DNA from: Salpingoeca rosetta | Lineage: Eukaryota > Protista > Choanoflagellata | Length of the DNA stretch: 64,000 bases | Direction of reading: 5' to 3' | Assembly (NCBI GenBank): GCA_033442325.1 | Contig: JAWQFM010000006.1 | Coordinates: 539,153-603,152 of the forward strand | Shown: positions 36,539-51,204 of the stretch, one piece after another | Position numbering within the stretch: the stretch's first letter is position 1 | Layout: the number at the start of each line of letters is the position of its first letter | Notes under the pieces: model-generated | What the model was told of the DNA's origin: nothing | The model's database searches: none | What the model saw: only the letters and a program-made list of their open reading frames with translations | Program-made: the position numbers and the translations under genes

Positions 36539-39500
36539 ATGGCTTCCCGCGAGCTCACTGAGCGCGACAGTGAGTTGCCTTATGTGTCTGTGTGTCTGTG
36601 TGTCTGTGTGTGTGTCTGTGTGTGTCTGTGTGTGTGCCTGTGTGTGTCTGTGTCTGTCTGTGTGTCTGTCTGTGTGTCTCGGTTGCTTCGTGATGCGATG
36701 CGTCTGCGACTGAGCCTTTGCGCACATCTGTGCATCTCATTGTACATGCACCAGCTTCGTGTCATGTCGAGTGCACTCTTGCCTAGATCTGTCGCCCTTT
36801 TTTCCCAACATCATGCAACTTGCCTTGCCTCTCCTCTCACAACATGGCACACACTACAACACAACACCACACCTCCCACACACTATCCCATGTGCAGGGC
36901 CCGTCTACGACGATGGGCTGGACAACTTCATCCTGGTCGACGGCGTGCCTGTGGCACCAAAGGCCAAGCTGCCGCTCCTGGCCACCGTCCTGACCAAGGT
37001 GTTCAAGGAGTTCAAGCCAAAGAAGGTCACCCTCGCCGAGGATCCCGACACTGGCAATGGCGTTGGAGCCGCATACGTCGAGTTCTCCAAGCCACAGGAC
37101 GCAAAGCAAGCCTGCGAGAAGATGAATAACCACAAGCTCGACAAGAAGCACACCTTCAAGACCTTGCCCCTGTCCAAGTTCAACGAGGTGATGAAGACAG
37201 AGGAGGAGGTCGAGTTTGATCTCCCGGAGCCAGGCAACACAGAGGTCAGTCCGTCAATCGACACACGCGTCTCGCGCCAACGCTGCGCGCCCTCCGTGTT
37301 TTGTCTGTGTCTCTGTGCCGTGTGTGTCTGTTTTTCCTCTCTACTTAGTGCTTGCTTCTGGCGTTGTCATCCTCGTCGTCGTGCACGTGCACCACGACCC
37401 CGTTGGTTGTGGTGCAGCCTGTGTGTTCCTCACACTTCCATCTTGGGTCTCCATCCAACCAACTCGCCCACTCACGCCTTGCCCATGTATTGTGTGCACC
37501 GTGTCGCTGGACTGCGCTTGATGTTGCATTGTTTCTGTTGCCTGTTTGCCTCACAGGACAGCCTGTACTCTTGGCTGCTGGAGCCCAACGCGTGCGATCA
37601 GTTCCTGCTGCACAGTGGCACTGTCGTTTCTGTGTGCAAGAACCGCGGGCCTCGGCGCACCACCATCGAGTCTCGTGACGTACGTTTCCTCACATGCCGG
37701 CGTCAAGCGCTCCTGCAACACATGACCTTTTGTTGCTTTTGTCAACTTCTTCCCCTCCACAAGCTCACACCAGCCCGTCGCCTGTTCCATCCCTCTCTCA
37801 CTCACTCTCTCTCTCTCTCTCTCACGCAAACACACACACACAGGGTTGGACACAATACACAGCCATGTGGTCTCCCAAGGGAACGTACCTGGCCACCATC
37901 CACCAACAGGGTGTTGCCTTGTGGGGTCTGCCCAAGTTTGAACAGATTGGCAAGTTTGCGCACGGCGGTGTTCGCGGCATTGACTTCTCCCCAGACGAGC
38001 GCTACCTCATTACATGCTCCATGGCCAACAAGGACAAGACTGTCATTGTCTGGGACGTTGAGACACAAAAAGAGTGCCGCTCCTTTGCCATTGATCTCGA
38101 GACGACGCCCTGGCCCGTGTTCAAATGGTCCTATGATGGCAACTACTTTGCGCGAAACGTCGAAAACGCTCTCCTCGTCTACGAAACAAAGGTGTCGTTG
38201 ATAGATGGTGTTGAGCGCCTCACTATTGCATGGCGCGCGGTGCTTTTCACTTTTTTTGTGCTTGCTGTAGGTGCTGGATCATTGTTCTTGTGTTTGGGTC
38301 CCAGTGCGGCATTGTCTCGCCCATCTCGCTCACTCTTACTGTTTCGGTTGCGTTCACCTGCAAAACAGACCTTCACCAAGCTTGGAAAGAAGAACATTGT
38401 GATCCGCGACTTGAAGGAGTTTGAGTGGTCGCCCGCTGACAACGTGATTGCGTACTGGACCCCTGGCTCAAAGAGTGTTCCCTACCGTGTCTCCCTCATG
38501 AAGATCCCGTCCCGTGATGAACTGGCTTCCAGGAACATGTTCAAAGTGGATGACGTGAGTGCTGACATGTTACGTTGTTCCCACTCGTTTGCGGTGTTGC
38601 GTGCGCCGTCTGTGGTCACTGATCTTTCGATGTTCCCGTGCGTGCGTCCAGCCCTCCCAGCGTTTTCACCCTGTGCGAGCGTCGTGTGTGGCACATTGTA
38701 CATCGCACCTCTTTGCACCTTTTTTTGAGTCGCCTTTTTATGAGTGACGCAACCTGTACTCACTCACCATTGACTTGCTTTGAATGATGCAGTGCACAAT
38801 GTTCTGGCAGAAGAGCGGGGATCACTTGTGTGTTCGTGTTGCAAAGACCAAGGTTTGTTTTGCTGTCTTGCCTGGAGCGTGCACAAACGCACCACCGCAA
38901 AACATGCAGATCATCCTGCCGCACTGCATGATTCGCGTTGTGGTCAGTCAGTGTTTGGTAGCGCTTGCTTGAACGCATATCCAAAACAGCGTCGTCCTCA
39001 CCCCGTTGCTCCGTGTCGTTGCCGCCGCAGCACAAGAAGGTGTCACACGATTTGGAGATTTTCTTCTTGAGAAAACGTGACGTGCCCTTTGAGCACATTG
39101 AGCTGGATTTCGAGGTTGTGGATGTCCAATGGGAGCCCGTCGGTTCCAAGGTGTGTATCATTGCTGCGCGTGTGTGAGTAGCCTCAGTGTATTGCCCGTC
39201 TGTGTCTGCACGCCTGTGTGTGGTGGCCTCAGTGTTGTTGTTGTACGCCAGTTTCCTCAGCATTCACATATTATTATTATTTTTGGCTTTGATTTCGCTT
39301 CCGCTGCGCTCCTGTTTCCACAACATGCTCACGTATTACTTTGTGCTTGCATGTGTGCAGTTTGCTGTGTTGGTGAAGGAGAACGCGTTCAAGCACCGCG
39401 TTGTGTTTTACGACTTTGTTGAGGACAAGATGACGACCATTGGCGAGTTTGACGTGCCTGCAAATACGGAAATCTCCTGGAGCCCTCGTGGCGAGTTCTG

Positions 39501-40197
39501 CGTCCTCGTGCCTCTTCGTCAGCCAGAATGTAAGTACGCAACGGGAGTTCAAGTGTCCGTTTCGTCCCCTCATCTTCCCCTTCCTGTTCTCCTTGGTGAC
39601 AAAGACTTTGAGCTGATGACACTTTAATAGGGACAGCTGATTATTTAGATCCGTGCTGATAACACAAATGGGAAATTTATTATCTCTGATCAAATCTTTG
39701 TCACACCTCGCATGCGTTCCTTCTCCTTCCATGCCTTTGCATGCTCCTTGCCTTTCTGTTACTGGTCCTTTTTCATGTTGTTCGTTCCCTTCAAACCTAC
39801 CATCGGGGATCGATGTATCACTGACACTCCCGCTGCGTTGGTTGCGTGTGCTGCGTGTGTTTTTGCAGCCCGCCTCAAGTTCTTGAGGGTAACAGACAAC
39901 AAGTGCGAGAAGCTGCAGGAGGGTGCCCACGACAACGTGTCCATGGGTACCTGGGATCCCACTGGCCGCTTCTTCGTCAGTGCCGTCACCCGCGCCGGCG
40001 CAAACGTACGATGTCTGCGCCATGTGTTGTCACCTGACTTGCTTGCTACCGATGCGTGTGTTTCGAAAGTTTGGTGTCGGACTTACTTGCCTGCCTGTTT
40101 GTGTCGACTCTCGCTTGTTGTCGCCTCGTGGTGCCATCAGCTGTTGTACTCACATTGCCGATATTCCCTTGTGCCTTTGTGATATTACCACCTGCGC

Positions 40198-40228
<31 letters not shown>

Positions 40229-40801
40229 CCTTTTGCTCGACAGCTGGATTTTGGATACAAGATGTGGTGGTTCACGGGCTCGCTTGTTGACGAGAGGGAG
40301 GAACACGCTGGTCTGTGGTCCTTCCAGTGGCGGCCACGACCTGCGTCGCTGCTGACAGAGGAGGAGGAAGCCGAGGTTAAGAAGACGCTTAAGTCGCACT
40401 GGAAGCAGTTTGAGGAGGCCGACAAGCTGTTCTCGCAGCAGTCCTCTGAGGAGGAGCGCGACAGGCGGCGTGCCCTCTACAAGCAGTGGAACGACCTCTA
40501 CGAGAAGAAGAAGTCCCTCATCCGCAAGTACCAGCACATGCTCGACTCCCGCGAAGGTGCGAAACTGACTTGTGGTTTTTTTTGGGGGGGGGAAGCATGG
40601 CTGGAGGATGTCATTGTCGTTGGTGTTTACTGATGTGCTTTACGACCGACCCATCAGCAACAAATCCCCGGCTCACGCATGTGCATGCTGGATTTTCCCA
40701 TTTCTTTCCCCTTCAACGTAGGTGTTGATGACGTCATTCAAACAGTATCGGACTCCAAACTGGTGCTCGTCAGCCAAGATCGAACGCCGCTTGAAGAGTG
40801 A
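36539..40801 (+). CDS. EIF3B: Eukaryotic translation initiation factor 3 subunit B, multi-exon
   Basis: RRM (DNFILVDGVP..MNNHKLDKKHTF); WSPKGTYLATIHQQGVALWG; FSPDERYLIT; WPVFKWSYDGNYFAR; WQKSGDHLCV; WEPVGSK; WSPRGEF; WDPTGRFF; FQWRPRPASLL. Confidence 0.95.
39596..39704 (+). ncRNA. Intronic box C/D snoRNA (snR64/SNORD74-type LSU rRNA 2'-O-methylation guide candidate)
   Basis: Lies in an eIF3b intron. Terminal stem gtgacaaaga (39596-39605) / tctttgtcac (39695-39704) plus tttga/tcaaa. Box C TGATGA 39614-39619, D' CTGA 39637-39640, C' GTGCTGA 39653-39659, D CTGA 39686-39689. The D' guide atagggacag is complementary to the conserved LSU rRNA sequence CUGUCCCUAU. Confidence 0.88.
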
Positions 40802-41004
40802 TGCTGTGTGTTGTCGTATTAGCTGTCCGCGTCGTTACATGACTCTTTTGCCCCGTGTGTCGTGTTTTTGTTCTGTGTCACGTGTTGTATTGCAAACCGC
40901 AACAACTCGCGAGAATGATCTAATTGGCCTCTCGCGTGGATTTTCTTTGCTGCCCGTTGGCACATCAAATACAATTGCCGGCAATGAAAGTATCTGAATT
41001 TCAT

Positions 41005-41058
<54 letters not shown>

Positions 41059-41082
41059 GAACCTGCGCTAGGTAGCTGATGG

Positions 41083-43219
<2,137 letters not shown>

Positions 43220-43551
43220 CCTCGCGCGTTGCTGTGCGTCTGTTTGTTGTTTGGTGGTGTTGCAGCACGTTGTGGTTGTGGCGCTCGCTGTCCTGAAACA
43301 CGTCAAGCACGAAAAACTCTCTCACGTGTTGCCGCGATTTTGTGTACCTTTTTCCCTTCTGCCCCAAACACGTTCACACACACACACACAGAGCAGGCGA
43401 GCAAGGGAGTGCTTGCACGGGGTGGCTGTTCTCCTCGCACTCTTGTTCTTCTTGTTCTCTTCTTGTTCTTCTTGTAACACACCAACCACACACACACACA
43501 CACACACCACACCGCCAAGCCATACACGCACACAAGCACACCACCACCACC

Positions 43552-46149
43552 ATGGCGCGAAGCGGGCCCAAGGTGATGAGCGCGGAGAAAATCCGCGCAG
43601 CTGTGCTTGGAAGGGACCGTAACCCCGTGGCGTATGACGAGGCCGTGGCTGCGTGTCGCAGCGGCTTCCGCGAGGGCGGGCCGCCGCTCATCAAGGCATG
43701 GATCCTGCAGCTCACCCGCTGCGTCTCCTGCTTTGGCCAGAAGACACACCACATGATCGACGTCGTGCTGGCGCAAGACCTGTGGGCCGTCGCAGACGCG
43801 CGCGAACCCTTGCTAGAGTTCCTCACCGCCCTGGTCTCAAGCTGCTCTCTGTACGGCGAAGCGTGCATGAGCTACCTCATCAAGTACCTCTACCGGCCCT
43901 TGCCCGTGAGCCAGGCCGCCAACGTGGAGGCCATCGAGGCTCTGCGCAAGGAGCTCGATATCAAGGTCCTGCACACCCTCTACGAGATTCTCCGCAACAC
44001 CCCTGGCCAGATTCGCAACTTTGTCCACGTGATCAAGTGCCACGTCCCGCACCAGAGCCACCCAGACTACGTGCACGAGAAGTTTTGCCACAACATCTAC
44101 GACTTCACCCTCGCCTTCCCGCACATCATCAAGCCCGTGCTGCAGATCATGGTGGCGCAGCTCATCAAGCTCGACGCCGACATCAACGCCGTCATGGCTT
44201 TTGCACCATCCCCAGCTACCACGTCCCCGCCACCAGACGCCACAAAGCCTTCGCCACAACAACAACAACAACAGCAACAACCGCAGCAGCAGCAGCTACA
44301 GCATCCGCAAAAAGGACAGCCGGGCGTCGCTGCCAGCAGTGGCCCGGCAGCGAAGCAAGCGCAGAGCAGGAGTGGCGACGCTACCACAGCACAAGCAGGC
44401 GAGGGCGACGACGAGAAGGAAGCCGAGGAGGAAGAGGATGAGGAGGACACGGGTCCCGGTGCTGTGGAGCGACGAAAGCTGGACACCGTCCTCAGCTACA
44501 CGCTTGACTTTGTCAACCACAAGCTGTACGAGGAAGGCGGGAATCCGGACGAGCTGTTTGAGATGCTCATGTCCATCTTCGACGAGCAGGTGCTGATGGC
44601 CTACCACACCTCGCACGTGCAGTTTATCTGGTTCTACGCGGCCCACTATGGCGAGAACCAGCTTGCCAGGCGCTTTGTGCAGGAGTGCATGGCCAAGCTC
44701 GGCGACCCGACGATTGCCGTCATTGTGCAGCAGGCAGCCATTGCGTACGTGGGCAGCTTTGTTGCCCGTGCAAACTACCTCAGCCTCAACTTTGTTGCCT
44801 CCGTGATTGAGGAGTGCGTGGACTGGGCCAAGGCATACATCGACCGCCACCGCACCGACACCCCAAACGTGCACCGCCACACACCGTTTTATGCGCTGTG
44901 CCAGTCGCTCTTCTACATGCTCTGCTTCCGCGTGCGCGACTTTATGGACGAGCCCGACGGCCACCGCTGGCTCAAGTCGCTTGGCCTCGAGACCATCGTG
45001 CGCTGCTCCCTCAACCCGCTCATGGTCGTCACCCCGGCCGTTGTCGACGAGTTTGCCCGCGCCATGCGCGCATACGAGGTGATGCTGTGCGACGTGGAGG
45101 TGCTGCGCAACCGCAACGCGAGCGTCGGGGCGGGCACCTCTGCCCACATTGTGGCGGCGGTGGAGAACGGCGACCTGTGTCTCAACGACCTCGAGTTCTT
45201 CTTCCCGTTTGACCCCATTGCTCTTCCCCGCAGCCTGCAGTTTGTGCAGCAGCTGTACAAGGTGTGGGTGCCCCCAGTGTGCGCTGGCGACCTTGCCGCG
45301 CCCTCGCTCAAGGGCGTGCGTGCACACAGCTCGGCAGATGCACCCAGCCCACACACCGACGACGCTGTTGATGATGATGACGACGATGACGATGATGATG
45401 GTGATGGTGATGAGGAGAGCGTGTTTGATGACAACACAGAAGATGAAGGCGCCAGTGAGCGCGAGGACAACGGACGCGGCGGTGGTGATGGTGGGGACGG
45501 TGTCGTAGCGGTGACGCGGTCACAGCAGCACTCTGACGAGGAGCACCTTGTTGATGAAACCGAGCACATGCGCATCGATGCCACCTCCCCACCCAGCGGC
45601 GCCGCCACCACCGCGTTCCTCTCCTCCTCCACGCCGCCATTCACAGCGTCGTCGTCTACGGAGAAGAGCAAAGACAGCATGGATGCGGCCATCAAGGCTG
45701 CCCTGGAGAAGAGTGCGCCAACCATGTCCACAACAGCGCGCGCGCGTGCACGGCAGCGGGCGGCGCGACGAAGCAACCCGACCAGCGGGTCACGCAGCCG
45801 GCGTGCGTCGCGCCACAACTCACCGCCAGCAGCAGCCAAGACAGCGCCAGCCACTGCCGGCACCACGGCTGTTGTGAACGGCGATTTGGTGGCGAAGCGA
45901 TCGCGCGGGAGCATGGGCAACGTGGCTGTCGTGGTGCGCGACACCATTGTTGGGTTGAGCGAAACTGGGTGTGTCACCACCAAGGCGGCGAGAAAAGCTG
46001 CTGTCGGCGCTGATGATGATGATGATGATGATGATGACGATGATGACGATGACTACTTGTTGCCTGAGGATGGGGATGATGAGACAGCCAAGGTGCAGCA
46101 GCAAATCACAACGCTGCAACAGTTTTCAGTTGGCGACGCCGTCCTGTGA
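43552..46149 (+). CDS. RRN3: RNA polymerase I initiation factor RRN3/TIF-IA, single exon
   Basis: LIKLDADI followed by an acidic insert; KLDTVL; HVQFIWFY; QAAIAYVGSFVARA; FYALCQSLFYMLCFR; LNPLMV..VVDEFAR; FFPFDP..LPRS. These are conserved RRN3 blocks. Confidence 0.92.
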   Translation: MARSGPKVMSAEKIRAAVLGRDRNPVAYDEAVAACRSGFREGGPPLIKAWILQLTRCVSCFGQKTHHMIDVVLAQDLWAVADAREPLLEFLTALVSSCSLYGEACMSYLIKYLYRPLPVSQAANVEAIEALRKELDIKVLHTLYEILRNTPGQIRNFVHVIKCHVPHQSHPDYVHEKFCHNIYDFTLAFPHIIKPVLQIMVAQLIKLDADINAVMAFAPSPATTSPPPDATKPSPQQQQQQQQPQQQQLQHPQKGQPGVAASSGPAAKQAQSRSGDATTAQAGEGDDEKEAEEEEDEEDTGPGAVERRKLDTVLSYTLDFVNHKLYEEGGNPDELFEMLMSIFDEQVLMAYHTSHVQFIWFYAAHYGENQLARRFVQECMAKLGDPTIAVIVQQAAIAYVGSFVARANYLSLNFVASVIEECVDWAKAYIDRHRTDTPNVHRHTPFYALCQSLFYMLCFRVRDFMDEPDGHRWLKSLGLETIVRCSLNPLMVVTPAVVDEFARAMRAYEVMLCDVEVLRNRNASVGAGTSAHIVAAVENGDLCLNDLEFFFPFDPIALPRSLQFVQQLYKVWVPPVCAGDLAAPSLKGVRAHSSADAPSPHTDDAVDDDDDDDDDDGDGDEESVFDDNTEDEGASEREDNGRGGGDGGDGVVAVTRSQQHSDEEHLVDETEHMRIDATSPPSGAATTAFLSSSTPPFTASSSTEKSKDSMDAAIKAALEKSAPTMSTTARARARQRAARRSNPTSGSRSRRASRHNSPPAAAKTAPATAGTTAVVNGDLVAKRSRGSMGNVAVVVRDTIVGLSETGCVTTKAARKAAVGADDDDDDDDDDDDDDYLLPEDGDDETAKVQQQITTLQQFSVGDAVL

Positions 46150-46177
46150 CCATGAAGCATCATGATAACGACTCTTG

Positions 46178-46258
<81 letters not shown>

Positions 46259-46441
46259 TATTCTTGGGTGATAGGTTCGCTGCTTTTTATGACGGCATGT
46301 GTTTGCGTTGATTTGCGTTGTAACATGATAACAGAAACGACAAGCAACAAACAAACTGAGCATTGAAAAGCTAATGAAGAAGAGGAGAGAGTGTGTGTGC
46401 GGGGGTACTTGTCTGAAGCCCGTCAACTCTGCTACAGCTAT

Positions 46442-46493
<52 letters not shown>

Positions 46494-46643
46494 GTGTGGT
46501 GCGTGCGTGCGTGTGTGTGTCGGAGGCGAGCGAACAAGAGGAGCATCCATACGACCAGCAGGACAGAGTGGGAACGGCCGCCCACGAACAACGCACACAT
46601 ACAACACACCCCCCCCCCCCAACACACACAATCCACCAGCACG

Positions 46644-47104
46644 TCAACAACTCACATTATGCACGTTCATGCCGCCCTCTGGCAAGCGCGAGATGTCCCA
46701 GTCTGGCTGCTGCAGACCGGCAGGGACCATCAACTTGACAGCACCTGGCACCGCGCTCAGCTGCGTTTCCTTCGTCTCAATCACCTTGTGGGGGGGGGAG
46801 TGTTACGTGTATGCGTGCGTGCGTGGATGAAGAGAATTTGTGTTGATGCACGCATACAAACAAATACACACACACATACACGCACACACACAAGTCGCCC
46901 TCCACTTGGCCTCATGTGCCTGCATATCTATGCATGCCAGCATCGCAAACATGTCACACCTCGCCGTCGACGTTGAGGATGCCGCGGTTCTGCGCGGACT
47001 CAAATCGCACCGCCTTCACCTTTGCGTACTTGACGCACGGCGCCCCCACGTGCTTGGCTGCCTCGGGCGTCATGAACCATGACAGCAGGCTGAATGGCAG
47101 TGAG

Positions 47105-47197
<93 letters not shown>

Positions 47198-47711
47198 CGT
47201 ANNNNNNNNNNNNNNNNNNNNNNNNNNNNNNNNNNNNNNNNNNNNNNNNNNNNNNNNNNNNNNNNNNNNNNNNNNNNNNNNNNNNNNNNNNNNNNNNNNN
47301 NNNNNNNNNNNNNNNNNNNNNNNNNNNNNNNNNNNNNNNNNNNNNNNNNNNNNNNNNNNNNNNNNNNNNNNNNNNNNNNNNNNNNNNNNNNNNNNNNNNN
47401 NNNNNNNNNNNNNNNNNNNNNNNNNNNNNNNNNNNNNNNNNNNNNNNNNNNNNNNNNNNNNNNNNNNNNNNNNNNNNNNNNNNNNNNNNNNNNNNNNNNN
47501 NNNNNNNNNNNNNNNNNNNNNNNNNNNNNNNNNNNNNNNNNNNNNNNNNNNNNNNNNNNNNNNNNNNNNNNNNNNNNNNNNNNNNNNNNNNNNNNNNNNN
47601 NNNNNNNNNNNNNNNNNNNNNNNNNNNNNNNNNNNNNNNNNNNNNNNNNNNNNNNNNNNNNNNNNNNNNNNNNNNNNNNNNNNNNNNNNNNNNNNNNNNN
47701 NNNNNNNNNNN

Positions 47712-47774
<63 letters not shown>

Positions 47775-48279
47775 GCTGTGCTGACCGTTCGGATTCAATG
47801 TCGACGTCGGCAAGGAGGCCGAGACTGACTTGCAAGAACGAGTAGTTGGCGGGTGCACCCTGCTGCTCAATGCGCACCAGGTCCATGGGTGCTGTGTTGC
47901 CCTTGATGATGTTGTGCGCTGCTTCCTCGGGCGTGTTTGTTGCGATGCACTTGCACAGCCCGTTGCCGCTGCCCGCTGGGACGAGGCCCAGTGGCATCTG
48001 GCGCGCGCGATCGCCATCATCGCGTGACATGAGCCCGTTCACGGCCTCGTTCAGCAGCCCGTCGCCAGAGACACACACCACCCCGTCGTACTTGTCAAGA
48101 TCAAGCCCTTGCATCAGCTGACGTGCGTGCGCATGTGCGCATGTGTGTTTGTGTGTGTGTGTGTTTGTGTGTATGTGTGTGTGCGCATGTGTGTGTGTTT
48201 GTGTGTGTGTGCATGTGTGTGCGTGCGCATGTGTGTGTGTTTGTGTGTGTGTGCATGTGTGTGTGCGCATGTGTGTGTG

Positions 48280-48365
<86 letters not shown>

Positions 48366-49070
48366 CCAGGGCTTTCGCTTGGATGTGCATATGTGACTGC
48401 ACCCATGCACTCGCGGCTCAACCGTGAACACAAAGCAGCAAACCATCATCTATACGAGCGACACAGCCATGTAGCATGCAGATGTACATCTGCTCCCACC
48501 TCCTTTGCATGCCCCTGGTGTGTCGTGTTGACAACGTCGTGGCTCAGCGCTGCTCGCGTGAACATCGGTACAAGCGTGTTCTCATAAATCTGCACCAGCA
48601 ATTGCCAACGAGTGTGGCAGGAGGGGAGCTGGAGTGAGAATTGAGGTGCAGTCCACGGGTGTCTCCATGATGTGTTGCGTATAGTGTTTCACAGCGTACA
48701 CAAAGCAAAATGAGCGCAACCGTTGATACAACACAACACAAAACATGCGCAAGACATGCTTGCACACGCACGCACAGAGCGCGCAGACCTTGGGTGCCTT
48801 GCGCGTGCCGCCAAAGGGATTGACGAGAACAAGGAGATGACGGCGCGGGAGCTCAGCTGCAATGATATGAATGATATGACGATAAAAGCAACAGTGCACA
48901 CGTGTCATACAATATCGTGAGAACGAGTGTCACTTGCATTACGGACTCAACTCTTCACATACACACATGCATATGCACACACTCACACACATACACACAC
49001 ACGCACACACATGCACACACATGCACACACACACACACATGAATGCAATTGCACTTTCGCCCCCCCACCC

Positions 49071-49123
<53 letters not shown>

Positions 49124-49627
49124 NNNNNNNNNNNNNNNNNNNNNNNNNNNNNNNNNNNNNNNNNNNNNNNNNNNNNNNNNNNNNNNNNNNNNNNNNNNNN
49201 NNNNNNNNNNNNNNNNNNNNNNNNNNNNNNNNNNNNNNNNNNNNNNNNNNNNNNNNNNNNNNNNNNNNNNNNNNNNNNNNNNNNNNNNNNNNNNNNNNNN
49301 NNNNNNNNNNNNNNNNNNNNNNNNNNNNNNNNNNNNNNNNNNNNNNNNNNNNNNNNNNNNNNNNNNNNNNNNNNNNNNNNNNNNNNNNNNNNNNNNNNNN
49401 NNNNNNNNNNNNNNNNNNNNNNNNNNNNNNNNNNNNNNNNNNNNNNNNNNNNNNNNNNNNNNNNNNNNNNNNNNNNNNNNNNNNNNNNNNNNNNNNNNNN
49501 NNNNNNNNNNNNNNNNNNNNNNNNNNNNNNNNNNNNNNNNNNNNNNNNNNNNNNNNNNNNNNNNNNNNNNNNNNNNNNNNNNNNNNNNNNNNACGTACGT
49601 ACGTACGTACGTACTACTACCTACCTA

Positions 49628-49721
<94 letters not shown>

Positions 49722-50476
49722 CCTGGCTCGACGCCGGCCAGCACGGCGCGAATGGTGGTGACAATGCGTTGCGCTTGCTCGGTGCTCTGGCAAGCCATGG
49801 GCACAATACGGTCAACACGCTTCTTGCCCCTGTGCAGCAGCGCATACACCTCAACCATGGGCTGGCCGCGGCGGTTCGTGCCAGATTGGACGCCATACAC
49901 GTCATCAAAGCTGAGATAGCCGGCTGCAAGTGTAGATTTGTGGACGAAGTGTGTTTGAGAGTCAGCGCGACTGGCGGTTTGAGTCAAGTGGGCGCTGCGA
50001 GGTGCAGCACAGGATGGACCGCTTCAAGCATACACAAGTACAGCAACCAAGCGCCCATTGCACAAAAGCACATATGCACGGTCAGCAGCACATGCATACA
50101 CTGAACACACGCACACGACACAATGCAAGCAAAAGGTATCTGCGCTCCACACCTTTCGTGGTCCTTCGCGTTTGGGGTACCACGATGAGTTCGTTGGTGG
50201 TGATCTTGACGGTCACTGGCTTGTTGTCGTGCTTGACCTACATGAAATAATACGCGAGAGAAAACAACAAGAGAGCAAGAGGGTCAGTGGTTTCATGAGA
50301 GTGTCAAACAAAAGGAACGAAACCGTCACCAACAAGCTACACCAGCAACAAGGCACACGGCACATTCACAGTGCGTTGTGGGCGGGGGGAGCAGCATTTA
50401 TCAAAGCTTATGTTGCTACACTTGTGTGTTACAGTCACACCTCTTCAGTCAAGACGACTTGTCCTTGGTCAGCCAT
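46644..50476 (-). CDS. SPHK: Sphingosine kinase (DAGK-cat family) with N-terminal PH-like region; interrupted by two gaps; 3' end approximate
   Basis: C1 [10 protein letters not shown]; C2 [17 protein letters not shown]; C3 [13 protein letters not shown]; C4 [11 protein letters not shown]; C5 GILNVDGE. Confidence 0.9.
47202..47711. other. Assembly gap inside the sphingosine kinase gene
   Basis: Run of n flanked by TG and CA microsatellites. Confidence 0.99.
49124..49592. other. Assembly gap inside the sphingosine kinase gene
   Basis: Run of n. Confidence 0.99.
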
Positions 50477-51204
50477 GGTGATAAACTCGGCAGGCGTGAT
50501 TGGGGTGAACGGCGCTGGAACAGTGGCGACGGACACAGGTGCTGCAAATCCAAGCGTTGCAAACGCAAGCAGGCGGTACCAAACCACCCACAACAACAAC
50601 AGCATTCACAAGACACGATATCCTCCAACTGCGCTCGGTTTGATCTATGTTGTGGTGGCCTGGTGTGAGATGCGTGATGTGATCCCTCGTGGCAGGCAAG
50701 CAGGCAGGCAGGCTCGAGCGGGCTTGCAGTGGCTCGTGGCGGTGTGTTTGTGACCTCACGACAACACAGCAAAACAGCAGCGCGCAAAACGAGGCTTGAC
50801 GATTGACGTATAATTTCATGCGTTTTTCTTCAATGCCTGGACAGAGGACAGCAGCTTGTTGCTTGTCGCTTGTGTGGTGGTGGGTTGCGTGAGTGTCATG
50901 TTTGTGGGGTGCTGTTGAGGGGTGCTGTTGAGGGGTGGTGGGTGGTGGGTGGTTGTCGGCTGTGTGTTTGGTGAGCATGCTTCCTTCTTGTCAACGTTCG
51001 TACGTCACTGTGCCATAGAGTTGAGCAAACAGTGGTGTTCAAGCTGCGCACCGCCACTGTGTGACGTGTACAGCTCTGCTCTCACCGGCTGACATGTCTT
51101 TCGTGTGTCCGTGGGAAATTTGCGTGGGCAGACCAAGGTTGCAGCGCAGCAGCAGTGACAACTTGAAGAGCAGAGGAGGGGGCTTGCTTGATTCAGACCT
51201 TGCC

